DNA of 64,000 nt, from the NCBI GenBank assembly GCA_951406725.2, contig OX597826.1, positions 63,302,001 to 63,366,000 on the forward strand, given 5' to 3'. This DNA is from Octopus vulgaris. Lineage: Eukaryota. The translations under genes were made by a program, and so were the position numbers. Below the pieces are notes generated by a model that made no database searches, was not told the origin of the DNA, and saw only the letters and a list, made by a program, of their open reading frames with translations. Positions 14,586-27,371 of this stretch are shown one piece after another. Position 1 is the stretch's first letter. Every line of letters starts with the position of its first letter.

Positions 14586-14650
14586 CATGCAGACAGACAT
14601 ACAGACATACAGACAGACAGACAGACAGACAGACTGATAGACAGATAGAC

Positions 14651-14707
<57 letters not shown>

Positions 14708-14740
14708 TTGTGTCTGCTTCTATCAACATGAAAGAGTGGC

Positions 14741-14790
<50 letters not shown>
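11700..14790. repeat. compound low-complexity block (GATA/GACA/TG/CTG/GGT/GA/TA)
   Basis: Directly visible; (GGT)n-rich at 12720-13405. Confidence 0.93.
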
Positions 14791-14798
<8 letters not shown>

Positions 14799-15199
14799 TT
14801 CTCAAGAAGTATATGTATGTAAACCTTTGTGACGGATTAGAAAGTGTATATATATATTTAATCCAGAAACTCTGCAGGTGTATAGTTATGTAAGTGTACG
14901 CGTTGTGTATGTGTATATATATGCGCGTGTTATGTTTTGAGGTACGATTACGGTGCTAATGTAAATATATTAAGCGCCATTTTAAATGCATTTTCATTAT
15001 GACCTATGTGCTGTGACGATAAGCCTCCTTCGTTCGATGATGAAATCTCGGTTAATTCTCAACCGAATTAACTGCTCCTGCAAGACGTTGAGCAGTTATG
15101 TGTAACCTTAACACAATTCTCGGGCAGAACCGATGTAAAATGGTGTTACAAGGCTGTACCTATTGAAATACAAATACAATACCAGGTCTGTGTCCGTCA

Positions 15200-15590
15200 C
15201 TACAAGGTCCAGGCTTTGTTGAGGTATGATAGCTTGTATCATTCAATGACCCTGACAGCTATGCCAGCGGAGCGCAAGCTCCCTGTAGGGACTCCCCTGC
15301 TGGACTGGGCAAAGGATAGGGGCAGGACTAATATGGACCATTTTCCAGTAGTAAAAATGGGTTTGCGTAGAGCCATTGATCCATTGATACAGAAAAAAAA
15401 GCAAAGCTACAGAAGCATTGATAATAATTCAAAACCAACAAAACCTGGGAGAACTTCCCTCAGAGCAACATGAATGACCCTCATAAAGAGGAAGTGGTTC
15501 TGAAAAGACAGTCCAAAATCAAGAACACTAGTAAACAGTCATTGATGGTCTATGCTGCATAGGGAGCGGAAGGCTTAAACAAATAACTTC
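15200..15590 (+). mobile_element. short RTE-derived element (5'UTR-like part joined to 3' end)
   Basis: Homologous to 42750-43082 (ATGACCCT..AGCTA.GCCAGCGGAGC.CAAGCT, CAAAGGATAG.GGC..GACTAATA); both end in GGTC.ATGCT.CATAGG.AGC, resembling RTE termini (from memory). Confidence 0.55.
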
Positions 15591-16689
15591 TGGCCAGATT
15601 TTGTGCACCCAATTTCATTCAGAAAGTAGGGGACATTTTCCCAAGATGTCACGCATGGAAATTGAACTCAAGATATCATGTTTGCGAACCAAACTTCTTA
15701 ACAATTCGGCCATACTGCTTCTATCGACCAATATGTATATCGGATAAAATCTGAAAGCTAAGGAAAGTGTAGATAGTCTGTGCCTGCAAATAATTAATCA
15801 AGAGTTTATAGAAGAGTTTATTAAGTTTAATTGCTCTGGGGAGCTTAAAAACCTAACGTTTCAGACATTTGTCTTTTATCAGAAAATGAAGTAGTATGAA
15901 AAAAGTAAGCTGAAGGTAAATAAATGCATGTGTATATGTCTATATGTGTGTATGTGTATGACGCTTTACATTGCGGTGTCAGGCATATTTGTCAATACTG
16001 CCATTCTCACTGATAATTTGATCACGTATAATATTTCTTTTCCCACCTACTTTTTCCACTTGATATAACGCTTAAAGACACCAATAAATAAACGAGTATT
16101 GTACTTTGCTACTATTAATACTGCTTATTTTAACCAACCACAATTATAAATACAGTAATCTATCAATACTTTCAATCACAAAACACCAGTATGTCCTTTT
16201 TTTCCAGATTATTGAATTATTTTCCACTTTATATTTGATAAGGTGGATTTTTCCCGAAATACAATAGAAGCAGTAAATAGCCTTTGTAAGTTAATACAAT
16301 ATCTAGTCTTTATTTTATTTATTTTATTTATTGGTATCACCTTACATATTTTGGCTTATCTTCTTATTGTTTAATTTTTTTATCAATATTTGTATCATTT
16401 ACATCAATAAATATTGCAGCGCAAAGTAATCACAAAAGACTTGACATCAACCCTCGTAATATCGTCTACCATACTATTTCATCCTCCTTCCCTCTTTTTT
16501 ATGGCATTGTTAGAGGATGGCCTACAATGCTTACGGTCTTTGCAAAGAACTCCTGGTTTATTGAGAAAGAAGGAAGGGCGTTATTCTCAAACCCAAATGC
16601 TTGCAACAGAATGGAATCTTTCTAAAAGTCCCCAAGTGCCAGTCAGTGATATCAATAACATTTATGGAATAAATAAACAGTTCTTTAGA

Positions 16690-17632
16690 GAGTTTTTAGA
16701 GAGTTCTTTCATCTACCTCTGAAATGTATAGACTTCTTTTGGTGAGCTCTTCTTTTATTCACCAGTCTGCGTGTGTATCGAACTCAAGAGCTTAATGAGA
16801 TATTTAGCCCAAAGTAAGGAACCCTTGCTAGAAAAAATTGATAGAAAATGAATGATTCATTTTCTATCAATTTTCACTAGCAAGGGTTCCTTACTTTGGG
16901 CTAAGTATTTCATTAAGCTCTTGAGTTCGATACGCACGCAGTCTTCCACACTCATCAGCCCCTTTATTCCATTTGCTCTCTTCATGTATAGGCGATCAGT
17001 GTCTGCACGTGAATGATGGGCTCCATGCATCGTTAGGAGCTTTCTTGACTTCCTGTCCATTTCCTTTAGCTCTTCCTCTCTCCACTTCATGATTCCAGCG
17101 CCATGCCGAACTAAACTACTGCAACTGTGCCCGACTTTATTGCCGAAATTAAGTTTCTGGCATTCAGCTTTGAAGCCAATAATTTTCTCACTCACCGCAG
17201 GTACTCATGTTTTATCTTTTTCTTCGTTGTGTTTGATTCCATCTGCTTCAAATATTCCCAAGCATTTATAGCTGGATTGAGGTTGAATTGCCTTTATCAT
17301 TTCACCACTTGGCAACCATATACCATCTGTCCTGGCAAGCTGCCCTCGTCTCATCACCATCGTCGCACATTTTGAGAGTCCAAACTCCATCTTAATATCA
17401 TTGGAGAAAATCCGCACAGACTGGACTATGCTATCTAGTTCTGCCTCGGATTTTGTGAATAACTTCAGGTCGTCTATGAATAGCCAGTGATTCAGTTTTC
17501 CCTTACCTGTTCCCAGATCATACCCCAAATTTATTTTCTGTAGTATTTCACTCAAGGGGATCATTCCCAGCACGAATATCAGTGGGGAAGCACTGCTCCC
17601 TGGAAGATTCCTCTCTTGATTTTCACCTTTGA
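16690..17632 (-). pseudogene. R4/Dong-clade LINE reverse transcriptase fragment (copy B)
   Basis: KIKRGIFQG, LNHWLFIDDLKLF, MEFGLSKC, YKCLGI, MDRKSRKLLTMHGAHH..ADTDRLY; frameshifted. Confidence 0.9.
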
Positions 17633-17638
17633 TTTTTC

Positions 17639-17701
<63 letters not shown>

Positions 17702-17724
17702 CATTATTATTATTATTAATTTAA

Positions 17725-17935
17725 AGGCGACGACCTGGAAGAATCGTTAGCAAGCGAAATGCTTGACGGTATTTCGGCCATCTTCACTTTCTGAGTTCAA
17801 ATTCCACCGAGGTCGACTTTGCCTTTCATCCTTTCGGAGTCGATAAAATAAGTACCAATTGAACACTGAGATCGATGTAACCGACTTACCCCTACCCCCA
17901 AAATTACTGGCCTTGTGCCAAAATGTGAAATCATT
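17725..17935 (+). mobile_element. SINE group B, tail 1
   Basis: Matches the 1028 copy; sits in (TTA)n between two Dong copies. Confidence 0.85.
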
Positions 17936-18274
17936 CTTCTTATTATTATTATTATCATTCATATACTCACAACAGATTAGACTGTTGGAAAAATAAAAAT
18001 TCCTTACATCGGATTACAAAAAGTAACCTCGGATGCCAAGAACCCTCCTCAGAATCCTAGCTGTTCCTAATAACACTGTTTTCTGCAGCTGTACTAAACT
18101 GGATTTTATACCCATTTCCTCTATCCATCTGTTCAAATCTTTAGGGATAGTTCCTAATGCCCCTATAACTACTACGATACATTTTACTCGCACTTTTCAT
18201 AGTCGCTGTACTTCAATGGCTAGGTCCTGGTACTTTGCTATTTTACTATATCCCTCATATTGATTTTTTTCCTC

Positions 18275-18381
18275 ATTACCTCCACCAAGGAAGGTAATGT
18301 TTTCATCGATGTTGGTTTGGCCGTCTGTCTGTTTGTGTGCAAAATAACTCAAAAAGTTGTGAACAGTATTTGATGAAACTT
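18275..18381 (+). mobile_element. Helentron-associated (HINE/DINE-like) 5' fragment
   Basis: TTACCTCCACCAAGGAAGGTAATGTTTTC short inverted motif, GTCTGTCTGT microsatellite, then AAAATAACTCAAAAAG...TGATGAAACTT, the typical HINE layout (from memory). Confidence 0.6.
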
Positions 18382-19311
18382 GCGTTCCTCTAGCCTTCTT
18401 CCTACAACCTTTCTGTTCTTCTGGTAGTAAATTCTGGCTGTCAAGGTGCTCGTAATTGCTTTCCGAAAGCATTCCTGTTAACATCTTACACACTAGTGTA
18501 AGCAAGTGATTGGCCTATAATTGCTAGCTGCATTACCCTTTCTTTTGCCTTTCATAAGGAGTATAGTTCTCCCTCTAGTCATCCAATCTAGTATTATGCC
18601 TCCATTAAGGCAATCCTGAAGTTGCTCCCTCAGCCTGTCATGAAGGCTACTAAATGTCTTTAACCAGTACCCTTGCACTAAATCAATTCGGTATTTTCCA
18701 AACACTTTTCTCATTAATGCACAAGTTAATGTTAGATCTGGTTGCTTCTCACTCATTAGTTCTTCCCTCACTTTTTTTAACCATACTGCATCTTCATTAT
18801 GATTGAGTAGCTTATCTCAAATATTAATCCAGAACTTACTAGCTTCTTCTGCATTAGGTTTCTTATCTTCAGTACTTTATTTTCCACTATTTATTTGGTT
18901 ATAAAATCTCCTCTAGTCTGTCTCATATAATCTATTCTGTTGATATTGATCTTTTCTGACATCTGGAAAGCTTTCCTACTACTGCTATGATATGCTGTTT
19001 CAACTCTTCTATGACTGTCTCAAATTCTTTCTCTTTGACTAAGTATCTTTTCTCAAAAGAAAATTGAGATCTTGTGTTTCCTAACTTGTTCAGTTTGCAG
19101 GCTTCTATTCTACTCAGATCTTGTCTTAGAATTTTCATTTTATTTTGTAGTCTCCTTTTCCACATTTGCTCTTTTCTAATCTTTCCTTCTGGAATATTTA
19201 ATTTTCTAGTAACTACTACCACTCCTGCATAAATCAATAAGTTAGTGTCACCTATATTTTTAGTATCTATTCTACTGATAACAGAATCTACTTTCCTAGT
19301 CATATCTAGCA

Positions 19312-19859
19312 ACAATATTATTATTAGACTGAATATGCTTGATGCACGAACTGATGAACAAGCTATTCACTGAATTTTGACACGGAGAATATATCCCAGT
19401 TGTTGGCAAATGGCGTGTATACACCTAGATCAGCTTGTAGGCCATCTACCTAGACTATGGGATGTTAACATTTTGGGGTAGTTGCCTCTTCATTAGTCAC
19501 AGACACTAAGCAAACGGCACTACAAGCTGAATTAAGAGATTACCTCTCTTATGCTTTTCCTGTCACCGTACGAAGTTAAAAGCATAAGAGAGGTAATCTT
19601 AATTCAGCTCGTAGTGTCGTCTGCTTAGTGTCTATGACTGAAGAGGAGATAACTACTTCGAAATCCTACCAGCTCACAGTCTATGTAGATGGCGCTAATC
19701 TACGTGTATACACATCATTTGTCAACAAACTGGATATATTCTCCGTGACAAAACGCAGTATCTTGTTCCTCAGTTCGAACGAACATCAAGCATATTCGGG
19801 CTGATAATAACATTGCAATTTCCCTTATCACTGCTTAATGATTCCCCTCTGTAATACCA
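19312..19859. mobile_element. 548-bp foldback insertion in Dong copy A
   Basis: Arms 19313-19558 and 19578-19815 are imperfect reverse complements; AGCA is duplicated at 19308-19311 and 19860-19863; removing the insert rejoins the reading KRKLLDMTRK. Confidence 0.85.
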
Positions 19860-21244
19860 AGCAGCTTTCTTTTGTTGGTACCTTTCTAATGTTGGCACCC
19901 TGTTTCTTACTTCTTTACTCATTACTTCCTGCAACTCATCTAAAATCTTTTGATCTTCCTCACTTAAATCACTTAAATCGCAGGCGCCAATTGTCCCTTC
20001 CTTATTGGTAGTGCTATTAATATTTTTCTCTAGGTTCTTCTTTAGTTTGAACTGTATCTCTTATGTTGTTGTTTTTCCTACTGCCTGTCCTTTCTTTTCC
20101 AGTCCTCTTGTGATCTCTTCTACCTCCAATTCTGTCGTCCACTTTCTTCTCCTAATAGCGTTAGCTTGATCTACTAGTCTCTGCTCAGATGGTTTAAACA
20201 TACCCTTCTCTACCCAAAGTGTTAACATCCGTTTTTTATAAACCCCTTCTTTTAGGTTCACTTTCTAAGTAGCACTGCATCACAACCCTGTTTTCTTCGC
20301 TGGCCCACTTCTTCGTCATAACTCCATTATCTGCTGACATTGTATTAGGGTAACACCTGTGATCAGTCTGCATCTTTACAGAACCACTGTCGAGCGAGAG
20401 GCCTTCCCTTAAAGGTTCAACCTCATTTTCGCAGTTACAACCATAGTTTATACGCAAACTCTTATCTTTCATAGACTGAGGTAAGGTAACGTTCGTCACC
20501 ATCATCATCACCACTATTATTATTCGACATCTGATATTTTCAAGTTACTTTCTATTGCATCACTTGCTGTACTTCTGTGCCTGTTGGGTGTGTGCTTCAT
20601 TTTTTTTTTCTTTGGGGAATATTGCATTGCATTAGTGTTTTGTTATAGGGTTTGGTTTGAGTCATCTGTTGTATTAGCTTTCGTATTGTGTTGCTTGTGC
20701 AGTGCAGATTGTGTTCTTCTGTTGGGTATCGGACTTCTATGGCACATATTGTGGGGTTTGTTCACTTACTGTATGAGTTTATTCCTGTATGTTTTGGAGG
20801 AGTGTTGTATAGTAGTGTGGGTAAATCATAAATCAACCATTTCATTGTATTCATAATTATCTGTTCATCGTTCTTTTTTGCGGGATGGGGGTTGCTATTT
20901 GTTTGGGCAGTGACATTAAAAGATGGATCCGTCATTACAGCGTTTACTTTTTGACAGAACAAGCGCCCATGTACATGTGTTGATGTTTCTTTCGTATTTA
21001 CAATTATTATTGATGTATAAACGAGAGACGGAGAAAGAACAGTAATATACATATAGAGGGGGGATTTGTACAGATATATATATATGGGTGCACATGTTAT
21101 TAATATTTTACTCACAGGTTTACAGTCTTCGTATAGAGATATTGCGGTAGTCCATGTGTCTACATTTTCACACATGTTTTGATTTGTTGTGGCGACGCAT
21201 CTGAAGGAAGTTATTATAAATATATATATATATATAACGAGATG

Positions 21245-21566
21245 TCACAAAAACGTCTTAGACTTAATTTTCAGCAATCATACTGATACTATCCACAATA
21301 TTGCAGTGGAGAAAACCCTACTCTCCGACCATGACATGGTTCTCTGTGATCTGAGATTTCACTGGCTAAAATGCAAAACAAATGTCATCCCTCCTGTTCA
21401 TCCATTTGACACTATGGATTTCCACAATGCAAACTGGGAAGCGATCAATAATGATCTTGCACAAGTCGATTGGTCCTTCACGCACACATACACACCCACT
21501 AACATCAAAACGTCCTGGCAGTCACTTGTAGACACCATCACGAACATATGTGCAAGACACACCCCA
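21245..21566 (+). pseudogene. CR1-group LINE APE endonuclease C-terminal/linker fragment
   Basis: NVLDLIFSN...LSDHDMV...DFHNANWEAINNDLAQVDW. Confidence 0.8.
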
Positions 21567-21587
21567 TATATACATATATATATATAA

Positions 21588-21618
<31 letters not shown>

Positions 21619-21879
21619 CATACATACATACATACATACATACATACATACATACATACATACATACATACATACATACATACATACATACATACATACT
21701 CTTTCAATTTCCTGGGATGGCTTACATTAAAACAAAGCTTTCTCTCATTGCTTTTGCGAATTCTTAGTTCCTGCTTCGTAGTGGTTTCAGATCTGATGTA
21801 TCTTCCCGGCAGCTCACTGTCACATGTCCATGCTATTTTTTGTTCGGTGCGGTATTCGGTGTTGTTGTTGTTGTTCTTC

Positions 21880-21952
<73 letters not shown>

Positions 21953-21953
21953 T

Positions 21954-21992
<39 letters not shown>

Positions 21993-22039
21993 GTTGTTGT
22001 TGTTGTTGTTGTTATTATTATTATGATTATTATTATTAT

Positions 22040-22855
22040 TTAAGACTTCACACAGTATCCAATATCGTGATGTTGTTGATTGAAGACATTGTCTACCGGG
22101 GATTTACACTGTCTATCAAGTCACAACAAGGAGCTCAGACAGACAGTATTTTACGCATTATTCGTGCAGTTCCAAGTAATGCCAGATTTTTAAATACACC
22201 AAGATTGTATGTTATTTCTAAAGTTTCCAGATGTTTGTTTTTTTAGGTTGGGTGGTACTGAACCCAGTACTCCGGTGACAATAGGGACAACCTTTAGGTT
22301 TGACTCTCGTAGCTTCCAAACATAGCAATCTCAGTTTTCAGGTTTCCATATTTATCCAATCTTTTCTCTTTCTTTCATGATAATATATTGATCGCCTGGC
22401 ACTGACACGTCGATTATTAGGCACTCTTGTTTGTCCCTCCTAAAGATTACTATATCTGGCCGTCGGTGCTCTAACATCTTGTCTGTCTGGAAGTGAAAGT
22501 CCCAGAGGATTTTTGCCTTTCCCTTTCTGTCCATTATCTTTTCCGGTGTATGTTAGTACCAAGCACCCGTTACCTCGTATTCATACCTCCGGCATAGTAG
22601 CCAGTGAAGGTTTGGGCTACACTGACGTGCCTGCGCTAGTACTCTTTCTTCACAACCCTCTTCCCACACATTCTGCAGAGGTTCGTTGCATTTGTGTGGT
22701 ATATATATCCCTTTTCACTTAGTTGGTATTCAATGCCTGATCCTAGGTAGCAATATTTAGTCTTTCAATATTCTTTTTTTGGTCACCCTTGCTGAGCTAC
22801 CTCCATGATGCTTCCTAGTCTTTTAAGTTGTTTTTTTCACGGTGGAACTGACCAA
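22040..22855 (-). pseudogene. R4/Dong LINE 3' fragment (copy C) with REL endonuclease
   Basis: KILWDFHFQTD..EHRRPDIV..CLIIDVSVPGD..EREKI.KY; 3'UTR runs into (TAA)n. Confidence 0.88.
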
Positions 22856-22863
22856 CGTTATTA

Positions 22864-23430
22864 TTTAGTTGTCCGGAAAGTTCGTGCCGATTTATAGTAG
22901 CTTATCTTTCGACTTATTTTAGAACATAGTTGAGTCCATAAAATAGGATTTGACTACACCTTCATTTAGAGCACAGTTTAAGCTATCTTTTCGTGGAAGA
23001 AGATTTATGTTCCTATAACCTGTGTTAATTCTGTAACCCTTTAAAATGGAAGATAAGAAAGTTCATTTTCGGCACTTGATGCTTTGGGAACCAGACAAAA
23101 ATTGCTGCAACTTGGCTGGGATGTGTTACCCTACCCTCCATATTCACCAGATATTGCTCCTTCGAGTTTCCACTTATTCAAGTCTCTGCAGAATAGTCTT
23201 AATGGTAAAAATTTCAATTCCTTGGATGGCGTTAAAAATATACTTTGATGAATTCTTTGCCATGAAACCACCTCCATTCTGGGAAGAGAGCATTTTCAAG
23301 TTAAAGGAAAGATGGAGACGCATTTTGCAACAATATAGTTCATATTTGGTTGATTAAAAATCTAATGGCAAGTATTTATTGACCTTTTTCTTTCCTTTAA
23401 AAATCGGCACGAACTTTCTGGACAACCCAA
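22864..23430 (+). mobile_element. internally deleted mariner
   Basis: ~30-bp TIRs (TTTAGTTGTCCGGAAAGTTCGTGCCGATTT and AAATCGGCACGAACTTTCTGGACAACCCAA) with TA flanks; MEDKKVHFRHLMLW fused to the YSPDIAP region and KLKERW. Confidence 0.92.
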
Positions 23431-23444
23431 TATTATTAATTTAA

Positions 23445-23660
23445 AGGCAGCGAGCTGACAGATTCGCTTGCACGCCGGACAAAATGCTTAGCAGCATTTC
23501 ATTCGTCGTTATGTTCTGAATTTAAATTCTGCCGAGGTAGACTTTACCTTTCATCCTTTCGGGATCAATAAAATAAGTACTAGTTGAGCACTGTGGTCGA
23601 TGTAATTGACTTACTCCTACGAACGAGCATGCTGGCCTTGTTCCAAAATTTGAAACCATT
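23445..23660 (+). mobile_element. SINE group B, tail 1
   Basis: Diverged full-length copy. Confidence 0.8.
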
Positions 23661-23859
23661 ATCATTGCTAATTTATAAAGACTGACGCAACTCTTTACGA
23701 AGATAATTAGGTAAAAAGAAGAATGCGATGAGATTTGTAGTAAATAGAAATTGACTCTGTTATTGAATAGAACGAAATGAACAGTATTTCTGGTTCAAAA
23801 TATATCATACAAAGGTTATAACATGCTAATGTAATTAGTATATATAACTCTTATCCTCA

Positions 23860-24125
23860 GGTTTGTTGATAAGTCTTTTCAAATCCCAAGAATTTCTCTC
23901 AAGGTTCTGGCAGAATACAGAATGACACTTGCATGCAAGACAACAATACGTGTCTCAGTTCCAATATTCTTTAGCCTTACAGGTTTTGATGTTGTATTAA
24001 GTGTACAATTATTGCCCTTGTTTTCCATATCTTCACCTCAGTGGTTAGTACCTGATATTTCTCCGTATCCTCAGTTCCTTTAGTATTCACTCTACTATCA
24101 TATGATATTCTAACGTCTATGATTT
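23860..24125 (-). pseudogene. R4/Dong C-terminal fragment (copy D)
   Basis: Minus frame HASVILYSARTLREILGI* parallels the C-terminus of copy A. Confidence 0.6.
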
Positions 24126-24842
24126 TACACTGTATTTTGTTGTCGCTGTAGTTATTGCTGCTGATTTGTGGAGATCTTTTTTTTTTACCCTTTTTCGATC
24201 ATATCTAATTTTCTTCCACTGTATGGTCAAACGCTTTAGAGAAATCTCATTAAATCTGGTAACAATCATTCACCATCACAGCCTCTACCTTGTACTCACA
24301 CTACTTTTCTGTCACTTCGAATCCACAATCTAAGCTAACATTCAAATGAAATCTTTTACCGATATAGCTTTGTCTGCTATTATACTCTTTTGCGCTTGCT
24401 TACTGCATTCACATAAGAGATGGTCATCGTTTTCGTTTCTTCACCCCACGCATTCAGCATTTGCTCTCCGAGCCTTATCAATCTTCATCTCGTGTGTGTG
24501 TTTGTGTATGTGGTGACGGAGGGTGCTAGTGAGTACCAGCATTGCTAGAAATAAGAGTCAAAACAACTCTGTGTGTGTGTGTATGTGTATGTGAGTGGGT
24601 GGTGTATATATCCGTATGTTATGTCAGGTCGCTTCTGAGCGTTAGTGGTGTCATGCAATCCAGTATAACCTGCTGCATATTTGCATAGTCAGTTCAGGTC
24701 ATCGGCGACTAAACTGGCAACCCCACTAGGCTTTCTTTGTGATTGGGTTGATTGAACACCGTGCAGGATGAAAAACAAAACCTCTTTAACGTTAATGGAG
24801 AACCAATACATATATATAAATTTATGTGCTTGTGTGTGTGTG

Positions 24843-24890
<48 letters not shown>

Positions 24891-25209
24891 AATAAGGTAG
24901 TCAGAATGTTTGATGATTATATATATTTTTTATTTACATTTTATTTAAACTTTTAGCGCTTTCTTCCGTTATCGGATTTATCAAAAACTGGTTTAAAGTT
25001 AGATTTCTTGGCATTTTTATACATAAAAAACTGTGGGGTTTGACAAGCAAGGGAGAAGAAGGAAAACAAAATGTTTGAGAAGGAGGGGGAGGTAAACGGT
25101 ATGACTTTTGTATTGGTATGGTAAGACTTCTTTGTTCAATACTTAGTGATCATTTTGGATGGGGAAGGAAAATAATTTTTTGTATTTGAATTGGTCATCA
25201 CCCTCATCA

Positions 25210-25864
25210 GCTAGTTGTGGAAACATCCAATTGGTCAGCCTCTCCAAGTAAGTTTGGCCAGTTCCTCTAAGAAGAAAGGGTCATACATTGTCCTCTCTGA
25301 TACTGCACGAAACACATTAACTTTTGGTGAGTCTCCATATACAAACATTGTGCCGATTAACTTTGCCGTTAAAGTGAAATGTTGCCTCATCGCTGAAAAT
25401 GATTTTTGACAGCAGGTTATCATTATCTTCAATTAATTGCTAGATATTCTCACAGAATTCAAATCGCGTCCAATAATCTTTCGGGTGGAATTTTTGGACT
25501 AATTGCAACTTGAAAGGAAAACTGTAGGTGTTTGTGTAGGATCTTGCAAACTGTGCTTTTAGAGAGGTGTAAGCGCCGGCTAGTTTTTCGTATTGACTTT
25601 TGTGATATGTGCACGAATTTTCTCCTAACTTGATCAATAACTTCCTCTGAGACTGATGGTTGACCAGAATGTCCCTTTCTCTTATCACAGATACACCCTT
25701 TCTGACAAACATCGTTGTACCATTTCCGTATAGACTTGGGTGTAAGTGGAATCGTATTGCTCGGCCACAACACTGATCTTGCGAATTCCAGTACACACCA
25801 GTTGCGTTGCTGTGGGATGGCGGCCGTTTTTAAATTTCTTTGCACCACTGTGGACACCTTGTTT

Positions 25865-25866
<2 letters not shown>
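25210..25866 (-). pseudogene. Tc1/mariner-superfamily transposase 5' half, decayed
   Basis: HTH region SIRKWY..GHSGQPSVSEE..QKSIRKTSRRLHLSKSTV, then PFKLQLVQ and FSDEATF; TIR-like CAAGGTGTCC near 25862. Confidence 0.82.
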
Positions 25867-26410
<544 letters not shown>

Positions 26411-26419
26411 ACATTTATA

Positions 26420-27371
26420 TAACTTAGAATAACTTAGAAAGGTTTTGGCCAGTATTGGCCCAGGCCATGTCTAACTTAATAGCACCACCTGGCGAAGTCT
26501 TTCAATTCAGGATTTGGGCACCAAGGCCCATTCGAGCAGAGAGTTATTGTTTGCGGAGACATATCCGGGTGTGGGTGGTTTGTCCGAGACTGTTTGAAGG
26601 AATTTGTCCAAAGACTTCTTGAATTTTGTGTGGTCAGATTCGTTTTTGACGTGTCCTGGTGTAATGTTGAAGAGAGCGGGTCCAATTGAGGTGAAATAGT
26701 TGTGCTGTATTGTCGTTATGTGATGCGATTTAGATTTTTGTTGTGGACGGATGGCACGTGGTCCAAGACTTGGATGTATTTTGAAGGTGATGCCAACATC
26801 ATTCGGACAGTGCTGATGGAATATTTTCCACATCATACAGATAATGTAGCGTTCACGGCGTCGTTGGAGTGAATACAGTTTCAGCTTCTCTAGTCTACCC
26901 CTGTAGTCAAGGTCTGACATGCCATCTATCTTTTTTGTGATTGACCTTTGGGGAGCTTCAATTCTCATAATATTTTGTTTTGTGTAGGGAGACCACAGTG
27001 GACAGCAGTATTCAAGGTGGGGTCGGGCAAAAGTGGAGAAGAGAAGGATAATAGTGTGGGAATCTCTCGACTGGAAGGTTCTGAGAATCCAGGAACACAT
27101 TCTGCGGGCCATGTCAACTTTGCTGCTTATATGTGTAGCCCAGCTTATGTTGTTGTCCACTGTTACTCCCAAGTCTCTGATGTTGTTGGATGCCATGAGA
27201 ATTTCTCCAGAAGGAAGAGAGTATGGGAGTTTCAGAGCGTCCTCCCTTCCAAAGTGGATCAGTTCGAATTTGTCTTCATTTAGCAACATGTTATTCTTTT
27301 CCGCCCATTGGACAACAGCCAGTAGGTCTGACTGAAGGCTTATTCGGTCATCCACGCCATTGATGACCTTT
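26420..27371 (-). mobile_element. 5'-truncated CR1-group LINE (RT C-terminus plus 3'UTR)
   Basis: Open 282-aa frame LQSDL..W..NNMLLN.DK..RDLGV..RPHLEYCCPLWSP..YSLQRRRERY; tail (TTCTAAGTTA)n. Confidence 0.93.

Larger units (their letters stand above)
17950..20500 (-). mobile_element. R4/Dong-clade LINE relic (copy A), internally deleted
   Basis: N-terminal KWASEENRVVMQCY...SEQRLVDQ, then WKRRL, WMTRGRTILL..NYRPITCL and LPEEQKGCR, then a jump to the REL C-terminus (KYQDLAIEV...VIGALG...LGTARILRRVL), 3'UTR and (TAA)n. Confidence 0.9.

Noticed and set aside
26507-27355. 282-aa ORF as a host gene
   Set aside because: It is the 3' part of a CR1-group ORF2, with no true start and with a LINE tail.
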